Assembly (NCBI GenBank): GCA_014874475.1
Contig: JADBJJ010000008.1
Span: forward strand, 104,322-168,321
Reading direction: 5' to 3'
Length of the DNA stretch: 64,000 bases
Source: Chloroflexota bacterium
GTDB lineage: Bacteria > Chloroflexota > Anaerolineae > B4-G1 > DUEL01
Positions 37,629 through 46,871 of the stretch are shown piece after piece. The notes beneath the pieces were generated by a model. The model did not search any database and was not told the origin of the DNA. It saw only the letters and a list, made by a program, of their open reading frames with translations. Positions within the stretch are counted from its first letter, which is position 1, and each line of letters starts with the position of its first letter. The translations under genes and the position numbers were made by a program.

Positions 37629-38864
37629 CTACCACCTCCACCGTCGCCCCGGCACAACAGATTCTGCCAGGCCCCACCCGTTGGCGGCCCAGCCGACAAC
37701 CAGGTACGGAAAGAACAGCCCGTATTGCCACCAGTGGGGAAGATGTGCCCCTCCCCGGGCGTGAGCCGCCCTGGTGAAACGGGCCTGGCTGAAAACAAGA
37801 TGGCTCAGCGCGGCCAGCCACAATGCCCAGAGGAGTCGGCTCCCCAGACCGCCCGTCAGCGGGACCGCCAGCATACCCAGCGAGGTTAGCGCCGCCCAGA
37901 GATGTCCGCCGACCTCGCGCCAGCGCCGATGCCGAAGGCCATGGAGAAAGCGGTTGCGGAACCACCGGGAACGCTGGCGCATGTATTCACCCAGCCTGGT
38001 GCAGTACGCCGTCCGCACGCGGCTTTCCGAGACGAAGCGGATGCGGTATCCGGCATCATGCAACTGCCGGGAGAGCGCGTAGTCGGTGCCGATGGAGACC
38101 GACAGGGAGAAGCCCCCCACTCTCTCCAGCACATCCCGCCGGATAGCGGCGTTGATGCCGTACAGGGTGTCCACGTACATCGGCGCCCTGGCTTGCATCC
38201 AGAGATGATGGGACCACTGGAAAGCAACCAGGGGATGGCATTTCTGCACGTCCAGCGGCTGACGGGTTCCCGTTGTCGCCACTTCGTCGCCCCGGAGAAT
38301 AGGCTCAAGGGTCCGCTCAAAAGTCTCGTCATCCAGCACACAGTCGGCGTCGGTCAGAAAGACGATAGAGCCCGTGGCCTGCTCCAGACACCGCTGGAGT
38401 GCGCGCTGTTTTCCCTCCCCGGGCCGCTGTTCCAAGATCACGGTGCCAGGAGGTGCGAAACGCCGGGCCAGTTCCAGCGTCCCATCCGTGCCGCCGGCGC
38501 AGAGGACCAGTTCCAGGTCCGGGTAGCGCAGACCACCGATGGCCTCCAGACTCTCCCGAATGTACTCCGCCTCATTCCACGCCGGGAGCAGGACGCTGAC
38601 TCGGGGAAGGTCCCGATGCGCGGACAGGGATAATGGGCCGGAATTTTGCCCACACGAAACAACGTTTGAGGAAATAGGGAGCAAAACGTCGGACCCACCA
38701 CCTGGCTCCCGTTGACGGCCACAAGAAGTCCCCGCCAGAAGCCTCCATCGCCGCCACAGGTACAGGTTGAGCAACACGGCCAGGCAGAATCCGCCCGCCA
38801 GAACCCATCCGGCGCGCGATTCTCCCCAGAGCCAGAGGATGCGGAGCACAGCAATCACAGGCAT
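37629..38864 (-). CDS. membrane-anchored glycosyltransferase family 2
   Basis: VSVLLPAWNE...D.D (TDADC) and the QRSRW-like motif (MRQRSRWFRN), plus C-terminal TM helices. Start set at an internal Met so that overlap with the upstream gene is about 10 nt. Confidence 0.75.
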   Translation of the reverse strand: MPVIAVLRILWLWGESRAGWVLAGGFCLAVLLNLYLWRRWRLLAGTSCGRQREPGGGSDVLLPISSNVVSCGQNSGPLSLSAHRDLPRVSVLLPAWNEAEYIRESLEAIGGLRYPDLELVLCAGGTDGTLELARRFAPPGTVILEQRPGEGKQRALQRCLEQATGSIVFLTDADCVLDDETFERTLEPILRGDEVATTGTRQPLDVQKCHPLVAFQWSHHLWMQARAPMYVDTLYGINAAIRRDVLERVGGFSLSVSIGTDYALSRQLHDAGYRIRFVSESRVRTAYCTRLGEYMRQRSRWFRNRFLHGLRHRRWREVGGHLWAALTSLGMLAVPLTGGLGSRLLWALWLAALSHLVFSQARFTRAAHARGGAHLPHWWQYGLFFPYLVVGWAANGWGLAESVVPGRRWRW

Positions 38865-40207
38865 GAAACACCCCGCTTCCGTCCACTGCCGGGGATGAGC
38901 CTGGCCCAGGAAGTCCCCTTTTCCCAGCAGTAGCGCCATCCGCTTTCCCCGCGAATCTCCAGTACTGTCGCCGTCTCCCGATAGAGACACCGCTCACCCC
39001 GAAAGACGCAGTCCATTTCTACCTCTGGTGGTAACTGAACGGCGGGGAGATGATTGCCCCCCCGCAACAAACCCGCAAGATAGCGGAACGCTTTGTCGGC
39101 CCACCCACAGACCGGCAACAAATCCCGGGCATCGGGACGTCCTGAAGGGCGCTGACCGTCCATACTCCCGAAGCCATGAGCCGTCGCAATCCCTCCATGA
39201 AGGTGCAGCCCTCTCAGGAGCCAAAATTGAGTCGGCTCTGGAGAGACTTCTATCCCATAGCGACGGACCCACTCCATAGCCCGGAGAATGTCTCCTACCC
39301 CTGCAATCCACTGGGGGTACCGATTCACCCGCCCATTCTGGTAAACGACCTGGGGAAAGGCCCCATCGGGGAGCCGAAAACGCAGGATGAAGGCCATCGC
39401 CCGGAGAGCGGCATCCCGATAGGATTCCCGCCCGGTTCTTTCATACCCCAACAGAAGGGCCGGGATACAGCGGGCGATGTAGAAGGAAAAATACCGACCT
39501 GTGCCCTTTGACCCGAACACCCCCTGGTCAATGGCCCCATCCAGTGGGGAGTAAGGAGCCCGAACCTGGGCCTCCACGATACCATCCAGAGACGGGACGA
39601 CATAGCGGTTCACCACGTCCCTCTCCCCGGTCAGGTCGGCCCAGGCCAGGAGCGCTTCAGCGATGGTCGCCGCCTTGTTGGGGACAAACGTTGGGTCGGC
39701 AGGGAGATTTCGGAATCTCCGGACCTCCTCATCCCAGAGGACTGAGAGGATGTAGTCCCGCAGGTTGCACCAGGCCGCCGCTGCCAGGCTCTCCCACGTT
39801 GTATCCCCCTGTTCCCGCAGGACCCAGGCCAGGCGAAGCAATGCAATGTCACAGGCAGCCTCATGGGGAGTGCCTCCGGTTCCCGGATTGGCCTCAAAGC
39901 AGGAAGAGCGGAAATTGCCGGAAGGGAGTTGTCCCCGAAGTAGGTCCTCGCCGGCCCGACAGGCCTTCTCCAGCCAGCGCTTGTCGCCTGTGCTCCGATA
40001 CAGTTCCAGATACCCCAGGATAATCCCCTCGTAGCGCCAGTCCAGCCCAGGGCCTGTGTAGAGGAGATTGTCTTGCCACCAGTGCACCACCGGGCCACCA
40101 TAGCCATCCGGCCCGCGCATCGTATCCAGCCAGGCCTCCAACTGGAGCGCCGCAAAGGCCAGGACTTGCCGGGAGACGTCGGCCGCTTCCGACAGAAATC
40201 CTCTCAT
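38855..40207 (-). CDS. hypothetical protein, possibly alpha/alpha-toroid (six-hairpin) glycosidase-like
   Basis: 450-aa soluble protein with repeated W/Y-rich helical segments. Assignment is weak. Confidence 0.45.
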   Translation of the reverse strand: MRGFLSEAADVSRQVLAFAALQLEAWLDTMRGPDGYGGPVVHWWQDNLLYTGPGLDWRYEGIILGYLELYRSTGDKRWLEKACRAGEDLLRGQLPSGNFRSSCFEANPGTGGTPHEAACDIALLRLAWVLREQGDTTWESLAAAAWCNLRDYILSVLWDEEVRRFRNLPADPTFVPNKAATIAEALLAWADLTGERDVVNRYVVPSLDGIVEAQVRAPYSPLDGAIDQGVFGSKGTGRYFSFYIARCIPALLLGYERTGRESYRDAALRAMAFILRFRLPDGAFPQVVYQNGRVNRYPQWIAGVGDILRAMEWVRRYGIEVSPEPTQFWLLRGLHLHGGIATAHGFGSMDGQRPSGRPDARDLLPVCGWADKAFRYLAGLLRGGNHLPAVQLPPEVEMDCVFRGERCLYRETATVLEIRGESGWRYCWEKGTSWARLIPGSGRKRGVSCL

Positions 40208-40947
40208 CTGTCCCTCCGCGCCGTCAGGACGAGGGTCAGCACCGATGTGACCGTCCGTCTACTCTCCACCAGGAGTGCCGCCCGGGCCCGCGCGCGGAAC
40301 CGATCAGCATGGTCTGCCTGTCCCAGTCGTTCCACCAGATACGCCAGGCGGCTCCAGGAACGGTACGCTGACCCCCCAATGCCGTACCGGGCCTCTTCAC
40401 AGAACCCCTGCTCGGCCAGCCAGTCCAGGATTTCCCTTAGCCGGAGAGTTGGCCTCACCCCACTCTCCCCCAACCTCCTCGCCCTCTCTCCATGCACTGC
40501 ACCGTCCACAGCGCCAGATGCATCCTGCGCGGCGGGAGAAACGGGCTGGGTATTGCAGGAAGTCCCCGGCATGCCCGGGACAAAAGCCCTCGTCCGCCGG
40601 GCAAAAAGAATCAGGACAGCGCTACCGGGCGGGAATCGTTCCAGCAGGTCCGCGACCTCTGGCAGGTCCGCCATACGGGGGTCCGCCCAGACCAGCACCG
40701 GGGGAGAGTTCTTTCTGCCCTTCCGCGGCGAGCCTTCCAGCCGCCAGGCCAGTTCCGCCACATAAAAGGGGTTCCCCGAGACCAGTCGGGCCGGCCCTCC
40801 CCAGGAATATGCCAGCACTGCGCAGAGGTTAAACGCAGTCTGGTGAAGCAGGTCGGGCAAAACGCCCGGTGGAAGGGGATCCGAAACAGGCCTCACCGTA
40901 TGACCTCCTGATAAACTTCCAGCAACCGGTGGACAATCCGAGGCCAA
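40204..40947 (-). CDS. hypothetical protein
   Basis: ORF in operon context with a 4-nt stop/start overlap downstream. 5' end overlaps the GT4 3' end by 55 nt, so the true start is probably internal. Confidence 0.35.
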   Translation of the reverse strand: MASDCPPVAGSLSGGHTVRPVSDPLPPGVLPDLLHQTAFNLCAVLAYSWGGPARLVSGNPFYVAELAWRLEGSPRKGRKNSPPVLVWADPRMADLPEVADLLERFPPGSAVLILFARRTRAFVPGMPGTSCNTQPVSPAAQDASGAVDGAVHGERARRLGESGVRPTLRLREILDWLAEQGFCEEARYGIGGSAYRSWSRLAYLVERLGQADHADRFRARARAALLVESRRTVTSVLTLVLTARRDR

Positions 40948-42026
40948 GTGTATTGTTCTTCTACTTTCGCCCGTCCTCGCAGGCCCATCATTCTTCGCCG
41001 TTGGGGGTCATCCAGAAGCGCCCCCACCTTCTCCAGTAAATCATCCATATCCCCCGGTCGGGCCAGAAGCCCGTCCGTCCCATCGGAGACGACCGAGCGA
41101 ACCCCGGGGATGTCGTGGGTCAGGACCGGACGTCCGCAGGCCATCGCCTCTATCAGGACTATGCCGAAGGACTCCGGCGGAAAAGAGGGCAACACGACCA
41201 GGTCCGACGCGGCGTAGAACGGCGGCAGGTCCCGATGGGGCACGGTCCCCACAAAGCGCACCCGAGGCGCAACACCCAGTTTCTCCGCCAGATTCTCCAG
41301 CGAAGGTCTCAGGTCTCCATCTCCCACCAGCACCAGCCAGATATCTCCATCCATCTGAGCAAAGGCCCGCAGGAAGTATCCGGCTCCCTTGAAGTGATGT
41401 GCCCGGTCCAACGCGCCGACAAAGAGAAGGACGCGGGCCCGCTCCGGGATGCCCAACCGGCACCGCACAGGCCTCCCGTCCACATCCGGGCGAAAAAAGT
41501 CCGTATCCACCCCATTGGGGATTTCTACGACATCGGTCCAGCGGCGACGGAACAATCGCGCTATCCGGCAGGAAGCGGCATAGTCTATGGAAACGGGCAG
41601 CCATTTGCGCGCTCCCCTGAAGACGAAGGGGGCGAAAAGGGCAGTATAGGCATCAAACAGGTATCGCCGTCCCCCATCACCGATCAGGTCATTGTGATGA
41701 CTCAGCACATAAGGGATGTGGCGGATAGCGGAAACCACCCGGATCATCTCCGCACCGAAGATGAACGGATAATGCAGGTGAATAACGTCAAAATCTCGCA
41801 ACCCCAGCAATCCCGGCAGGAAGGGAGCATTGCCGATGCGAAAGAGAGCGGGCAGGCGATGCACCGAGACCCCCTCCGGATGAGGGCTATCGCCGGAAGA
41901 GCAGGCAGCAGTGAAAACAGCAACCTGATGGCCGAGCCGGGCCAGTCCTTCGGCCTGGTGATAACACACCAGTCCGGTGCCGGCGTAGTAGGGCGGAAAG
42001 GTAGCGGTCACGTGGGCAATTCGCAT
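40893..42026 (-). CDS. glycosyltransferase family 4
   Basis: MRIAHVTATFPPYYAGTG... and the C-terminal EX7E region (PSFPPESFGIVLIEAMACGRPVL). Confidence 0.85.
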   Translation of the reverse strand: MRIAHVTATFPPYYAGTGLVCYHQAEGLARLGHQVAVFTAACSSGDSPHPEGVSVHRLPALFRIGNAPFLPGLLGLRDFDVIHLHYPFIFGAEMIRVVSAIRHIPYVLSHHNDLIGDGGRRYLFDAYTALFAPFVFRGARKWLPVSIDYAASCRIARLFRRRWTDVVEIPNGVDTDFFRPDVDGRPVRCRLGIPERARVLLFVGALDRAHHFKGAGYFLRAFAQMDGDIWLVLVGDGDLRPSLENLAEKLGVAPRVRFVGTVPHRDLPPFYAASDLVVLPSFPPESFGIVLIEAMACGRPVLTHDIPGVRSVVSDGTDGLLARPGDMDDLLEKVGALLDDPQRRRMMGLRGRAKVEEQYTWPRIVHRLLEVYQEVIR

Positions 42027-42030
42027 CCCG

Positions 42031-43068
42031 TCACCACCGGACCAGATAGAGAGTTATCCGGTACAACAGCCAAAAGAGAGGATCCAACAACCGATGGGCC
42101 CAGCGGGCTGCGGTGGTGTACCCGGTCTGCTCGTAGGCCAGGTAAGGTGTACAGCGGGCCAAAAGGTCCCGGTCGCGGACCCGGCGGAGAGACTGAACGG
42201 CCCGCCTGCGCGCCAGAATCTCCCGCCAGTTGCGAACCACCCAAAGATAGGCTCGCACTTTTTCCCTCCACTGGCGCGGACGGTGCATCATCAGGAACCC
42301 CCAGGTGACGACCTCTGCCAGCAGAAGGGATGGGATGAGAAGCAACAGCGTCCGCCAGCGCAAGTTCTTCAGGAGCAAAAGACACCGATTGCGCTCCTGG
42401 AAGAAGAATTTTCCCTCCCCAAAGCGAAGAGCATAATCGTGATACACCACCGGGTTCGGCACATACCGGCATCGGAAGCCCGCCAGCCATGCCCGCCAGG
42501 AGAGGTCCGTATCTTCCATGTAGAGAAAAAAGGAGTCGTCTATCCCTCCCAGGATGTCCCAGATGTCCCGGCGGACGCTGAAGGCGGCTCCAGAGATGGC
42601 GGCTACGTCTTCCGAAGTCGGGAAAGCCGATAGCGGCATCCCAGCACCCCGGCAAAAGGCCAGCCCTGTCAGATGAACATCGTTCCCGGCGGTGTTGATC
42701 CGGGTTGGGTCGTCCATCCGCATAATACAGGGAGTAACCAGGGCGACCTGTGGGTCGGAGAACGGGGCCAGGAGTGCGTCCAGCCAACCTGGCACGACCG
42801 TTGTATCGGGGTTCAGGAAGACCAGGTACTCTCTGCTTGCATAATGAGCGCCCAGGTTGCAGCCGTATCCGAATCCCCCGTTCACGGGCGAGCGGATCAG
42901 ACGGACAGCCGGGAATTCTTCCGCCACCCAGTCAGCGCTGCCGTCGGTGGAACTGTTATCCACCACCATCACCTCATCCTCCGGCGTCACGGTGGAGAGC
43001 ACTGAGGGCAGACAGCGCTCCAGATAGGCCCGTCCATTGTAATTCACCAGGATGACGCTGGCCGGCAT
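42031..43068 (-). CDS. glycosyltransferase family 2
   Basis: ASVILVNYNG...DNSSTDGS. Paralogous to the gene at 30806-31861. Confidence 0.85.
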   Translation of the reverse strand: MPASVILVNYNGRAYLERCLPSVLSTVTPEDEVMVVDNSSTDGSADWVAEEFPAVRLIRSPVNGGFGYGCNLGAHYASREYLVFLNPDTTVVPGWLDALLAPFSDPQVALVTPCIMRMDDPTRINTAGNDVHLTGLAFCRGAGMPLSAFPTSEDVAAISGAAFSVRRDIWDILGGIDDSFFLYMEDTDLSWRAWLAGFRCRYVPNPVVYHDYALRFGEGKFFFQERNRCLLLLKNLRWRTLLLLIPSLLLAEVVTWGFLMMHRPRQWREKVRAYLWVVRNWREILARRRAVQSLRRVRDRDLLARCTPYLAYEQTGYTTAARWAHRLLDPLFWLLYRITLYLVRW

Positions 43069-43150
43069 ATCTTCCAGGGAAGGGTTTGGGCGGGCAACAA
43101 GTGCTGCCCGCCCAAACGTATATTACCCCCGTGCCAGTCGGCCGGAGAGG

Positions 43151-44059
43151 TCACCGGCTCGTATTCTGACACAAGTTCAGAATCAACCCGCGCAGGGAGT
43201 GCAGAATAAAGCCAGTAGAGATACAGATAGAGCCGAGGATGGTCAGCATCACGCAGATCAACGCATAGCCCACTGCCAGCACCTGGGTGCGGCGATAGAT
43301 TTCCACCACGCAGAACCCCCAGCCCATCCCGGCCATCAGCAGGAGCAGACCCATCAGGCTGAAACTCAGCAAGGGGCGATGCTGACCGATCAGCCGAAGG
43401 ATGCCATCCAGGACCATCAGACCCTGGAAGAAAGCAGACCGTTTCGGTTTCCCAGCATATAAGACCGTCACTGGGACCTCTTTGACTTTCCAGCCGTGCT
43501 GTTGGGCCAGCATCTGCATTTCCGATTCTACGGAGAAGCCGTTTGAGTGAAAGTTCAGTGCATCCAGTACCCGGGCCGAGAAAGCGCGAAAGCCGTTCTG
43601 GGAGTCAGTCAAATGGACACCGGAAGTGCAGTAGGTCAGGAAATTAAACAGCCGGTGACCCCAGACGCGCATAAGGGGCACGCGCGAGTGGCCATTCAGA
43701 TACCGTGAACCCACTACCATATCCGCTTCGCCCGCCAGGATGGGAGCCAGAAGGGTGGGAACTTCCGAAGGCAGATGCTGACCATCGCCATCCAGGAGAA
43801 CGACCGCCTCAGGACGGAATCGGCGGGCAGCCTGCAATCCGGTGCACAGCGCTTTCCCCTTGCCCTGATTTTGCTTATGAGAGAGAACCGTTGCACCGGC
43901 CGCATGGGCAATCTCCGCCGTATTGTCGGTAGAACCGTCATCCACTACAATCACCACATCTACTAGCGACCGGGTCTGGAGGACTACACTGCCGATAAAC
44001 CGCTCCTCGTTGTATGCTGGTATGACTGCGACAGTCTTTGCCCTATTACCAACTCCCAT
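43151..44059 (-). CDS. polyprenol-phosphate sugar synthase-like GT2 (DPM1/GtrB/ArnC family)
   Basis: VAVIPAYNEE...DDGSTD...DGDGQH, plus C-terminal TM helices typical of GtrB/ArnC-type enzymes. GAGGAGG RBS 7 nt upstream of the ATG. Confidence 0.8.
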   Translation of the reverse strand: MGVGNRAKTVAVIPAYNEERFIGSVVLQTRSLVDVVIVVDDGSTDNTAEIAHAAGATVLSHKQNQGKGKALCTGLQAARRFRPEAVVLLDGDGQHLPSEVPTLLAPILAGEADMVVGSRYLNGHSRVPLMRVWGHRLFNFLTYCTSGVHLTDSQNGFRAFSARVLDALNFHSNGFSVESEMQMLAQQHGWKVKEVPVTVLYAGKPKRSAFFQGLMVLDGILRLIGQHRPLLSFSLMGLLLLMAGMGWGFCVVEIYRRTQVLAVGYALICVMLTILGSICISTGFILHSLRGLILNLCQNTSR

Positions 44060-44407
44060 CGTCAAACCTCCTCCCCGCCCACAATTTGGTCCTCAGCATC
44101 CATTGCAACTCTAACTGCAGGGTTACGTTCAACCCTCCCATCCCAAAGGCCCAACTTCAGAAAAGCGGAGAGAGCAAGGGTTTGCTGTAGAAGACTTTAC
44201 CGACTGCGCCCCCCAATTCCTTCCCCTCATCCTCACCCTGCAAAACAACAGGAGTCTGCCCCTGACTAAAGGAGAAAAGGGCGAATCTTTCAGGGATGAC
44301 ACACTTGCCCCGCAAGATGGTCTTCCCAGGCTCTCCAGAGAGGCTGGAAGGCCTGTCCTGTAAATGAACTGCACGAGTCGCAACAAATTTTTAGGATTTC
44401 TATCCAG

Positions 44408-44436
44408 ATTATACCGACGCCCAAATGGGGAGTCAA
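44408..44436 (-). promoter_or_regulatory. consensus sigma70-type promoter TTGACT-17nt-TATAAT, about 340 nt upstream of the glycosylation-operon ATG
   Basis: On the minus strand: -35 TTGACT (44436-44431), 17-nt spacer, -10 TATAAT (44413-44408). Sits in a 600-bp AT-rich non-coding island. Confidence 0.55.
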
Positions 44437-44662
44437 TAGTAAAAATGTCACAATCATGCTTCCGTAACTGACCTGTAACACACTGGTGGTCGAATGAGGA
44501 GAAGTACAAGTGGAACCACTGGGGCAATCAGCAAGAGGATCGGTTCACCCTCTCCTGCTTTCCGCCGCTCAGGAAGGGGCAGAAGGGGCGAACAACGGGG
44601 TAGAATCCCCCTTCGCCTTGCGTTGGCTATCTCAAAAAGGGGACAGCGCGTTTATATTCTCT

Positions 44663-45649
44663 TTAAAAACCAAAAAACCGCAGAACGACGTCCGGCACCC
44701 AAAAATCTCCCACCCGCAGCAGTGCGCGGGCCAGAGTGGAGCCCACCAGCACCGCCACGCTGAACGCAATCAGCGCATAATCGCGCGGCGTATACCGGAG
44801 TTCTTGCAACCATGTCCGGGGGCGCAGTCCGAAACAGCGGAGGTCCATCGCGTTCACGATGTCCTCCGCGCCAACGATAGCATTGATGGTCACCGGGACA
44901 ATCAGCGGGGCCATCTTGCGAATCTGTGCGATGAGGCCCCCCGATAATTTCTCCACTTCGTACCCGCGCGCCCGCTGGGCATCCAGCGTCAGGCTGAAGT
45001 CGCGGGCCAATGTCGGCACGAACCGAAAGGCCAGGTCCATAGAAAACGCCACCTTGTCGGGCAAGCCCAGGCGGCGGAAGAGGGCCAGCGCTTCCTGCGC
45101 GCTGACGGGGTCCAGACTGGCCAACGGCTCATCCAGAAGCAGGATACCCGGCCGCATCGCCAGCACACCTGCTAGGGCCACCTTCTGCTTTTCCCCGCCA
45201 GAAAGGTGGAAAGTCTCCCGGTCTCGCAGGTGAGAGATGCCCAGGTACGCCAGCACTTCGTCCACCCGGGCCCGAATTTCCTCGCGCGGAAGCCCCAGAT
45301 TCTCCAGCCCAAACGCCACTTCGTTGAGGACGAAACTGCCCACAATTTGCCGCTCCGGGTCCTGCAGGAGGGTGCCGACCTGCTGGGAGAGTTGGGCCAT
45401 ACTCATAGAACGGGCATCCTGCCCGTAGACCAGAACCCGGCCCTGCAGTTCGCCCCGGTAGGTGCGGGGGATGAGGCCATTGATGCAACGGATGAGCGTC
45501 GTTTTGCCGCATCCGCTGGCCCCGGCGACCAGCAGCAACTCCCCCGGTTCCACCGTCAGCGACACATCCTGCAGCGCCAGTTCGGGCCGAGTATGGTAGC
45601 GAAAGGTTAGCCCCTCTATCCGCAGCGGCAAGTCAGCGGACAAAACCAC
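44663..45649 (-). CDS. chimeric ECF-transporter ORF: EcfA/CbiO-like ATPase core fused in frame to an EcfT/CbiQ-like C-terminal segment (possible degraded remnant)
   Basis: Walker A GASGCGKTT, signature LSGGEKQKV, Walker B LLLDEP. The H-loop region is missing. The last approx 100 aa carry the EcfT coupling-helix ARG motif and the AMDLRCFG...RT..LQELRYT tail. Confidence 0.6.
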   Translation of the reverse strand: MVLSADLPLRIEGLTFRYHTRPELALQDVSLTVEPGELLLVAGASGCGKTTLIRCINGLIPRTYRGELQGRVLVYGQDARSMSMAQLSQQVGTLLQDPERQIVGSFVLNEVAFGLENLGLPREEIRARVDEVLAYLGISHLRDRETFHLSGGEKQKVALAGVLAMRPGILLLDEPLASLDPVSAQEALALFRRLGLPDKVAFSMDLAFRFVPTLARDFSLTLDAQRARGYEVEKLSGGLIAQIRKMAPLIVPVTINAIVGAEDIVNAMDLRCFGLRPRTWLQELRYTPRDYALIAFSVAVLVGSTLARALLRVGDFWVPDVVLRFFGF

Positions 45650-45655
45650 CCTCCG

Positions 45656-46843
45656 TTATCCGTTCAGAAACGCCACCCGCTCGGTCACGTTGAGGCCCCG
45701 GCGACGCATCTCCTCCACGAAAGGTCGCGCCGGGACGAAATTCTCTACGCCGCCGGCCCCGCGCGGGGTCCGCCCAGCGGCCATCATCTCGGCGACAATG
45801 GCCGCGCTCCAGCCGGTGGCCCGCTCCATCGCGGTGAAGCCGGTCTCCTCGTCAAAGTGGTCTATCAGTTCCACCACCGCTTCGGCGTCCCGACCGACCT
45901 TCTTCCCCACAGCCCGAACGCGGACGATGACGGTATCTTTATCCCCCGGGAAGGTCACTTTGGGCTCAAAGAGGGCATGGAAGACCTCCCGGGGCACCAC
46001 TTCCACGTCTCCCACCCGGATGGGACGGGTGTCCCAGAGACTCAGGTCGTAGAAGGCGCGCAGTTGGGCGAAATGGCCAGGTTGGCGCAGAGTCTTGTTC
46101 TGCAACGTGCGCAGGCGACCCTGAAATGTCCAGGGCATCGTGCTGGTACCGCCCCCGGCCACGAAGGCTTCCAGGGTCCCGATGGGCGGTGGAAATTCCA
46201 CCGTCTCCGGCTCCGTCATCGGCTCCACTTCCACAATTTCCCAGTTCCGCAGGAAGATGGCCGGTTCAGCGTATTCGTTGGTCAGCCCGGCGATGTGGAA
46301 AGTGAGCAAGTAGTTGAAAGGTGGACGGGGGTTCTGGGGAATGCCGCCGTCCCACATATAGACGTCCACCGCCTGGTCCAGCAACTCCATCGCGTAGACG
46401 ATGAGAGTGGTTCCCAGGCCGGGGACCTGGCCGCAATCCGGGATGACGCTGACACCCGCTGCCAGCGCCTGGTCGTGAAAGGTGTGCTGCTGGCGGACAA
46501 TGGCAGTATTGCCACCCAGGTCGCAGAGGCTGCAGCGGGCCCGGATGGCCGCCTGGGTGATGCCCAGGTTGTAGATGTACGGGACGGCACTGAGAGCGGC
46601 GTCCACTCCCCGGAGCAGCCGCTCCACGGCTTCCAGGTCGGTCACATCCACCGGGGCCGGTTCGGCGACCGCCGAGCCAACCATACGGTTGACCCGCTCA
46701 GCGGCGCGACGGGCCACCTCTATATCCCGGTCGGCCATGATGATGCGGCGGGCACTGCCCCAGCGGGCCATATCGTAGGCAGCCGCCGTCCCCTGGCGTC
46801 CGGCTCCCAGAACAGCGTAGGTGGTCATCAGCAGTTCCCTCAA
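45656..46843 (-). CDS. saccharopine dehydrogenase family NAD(P)-binding protein
   Basis: N-terminal Rossmann fold (YAVLGAGRQG). 395 aa. Confidence 0.75.
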   Translation of the reverse strand: MRELLMTTYAVLGAGRQGTAAAYDMARWGSARRIIMADRDIEVARRAAERVNRMVGSAVAEPAPVDVTDLEAVERLLRGVDAALSAVPYIYNLGITQAAIRARCSLCDLGGNTAIVRQQHTFHDQALAAGVSVIPDCGQVPGLGTTLIVYAMELLDQAVDVYMWDGGIPQNPRPPFNYLLTFHIAGLTNEYAEPAIFLRNWEIVEVEPMTEPETVEFPPPIGTLEAFVAGGGTSTMPWTFQGRLRTLQNKTLRQPGHFAQLRAFYDLSLWDTRPIRVGDVEVVPREVFHALFEPKVTFPGDKDTVIVRVRAVGKKVGRDAEAVVELIDHFDEETGFTAMERATGWSAAIVAEMMAAGRTPRGAGGVENFVPARPFVEEMRRRGLNVTERVAFLNG

Positions 46844-46871
46844 AGAGATTCGCTCATTCGGCGTAGCGCTC

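Noticed and set aside
44129-44527. 132-aa ORF inside the AT-rich island
   Set aside because: It has no RBS and a low-complexity translation. It lies within what looks like the 5' leader/promoter region of the glycan operon. Treated as non-coding.
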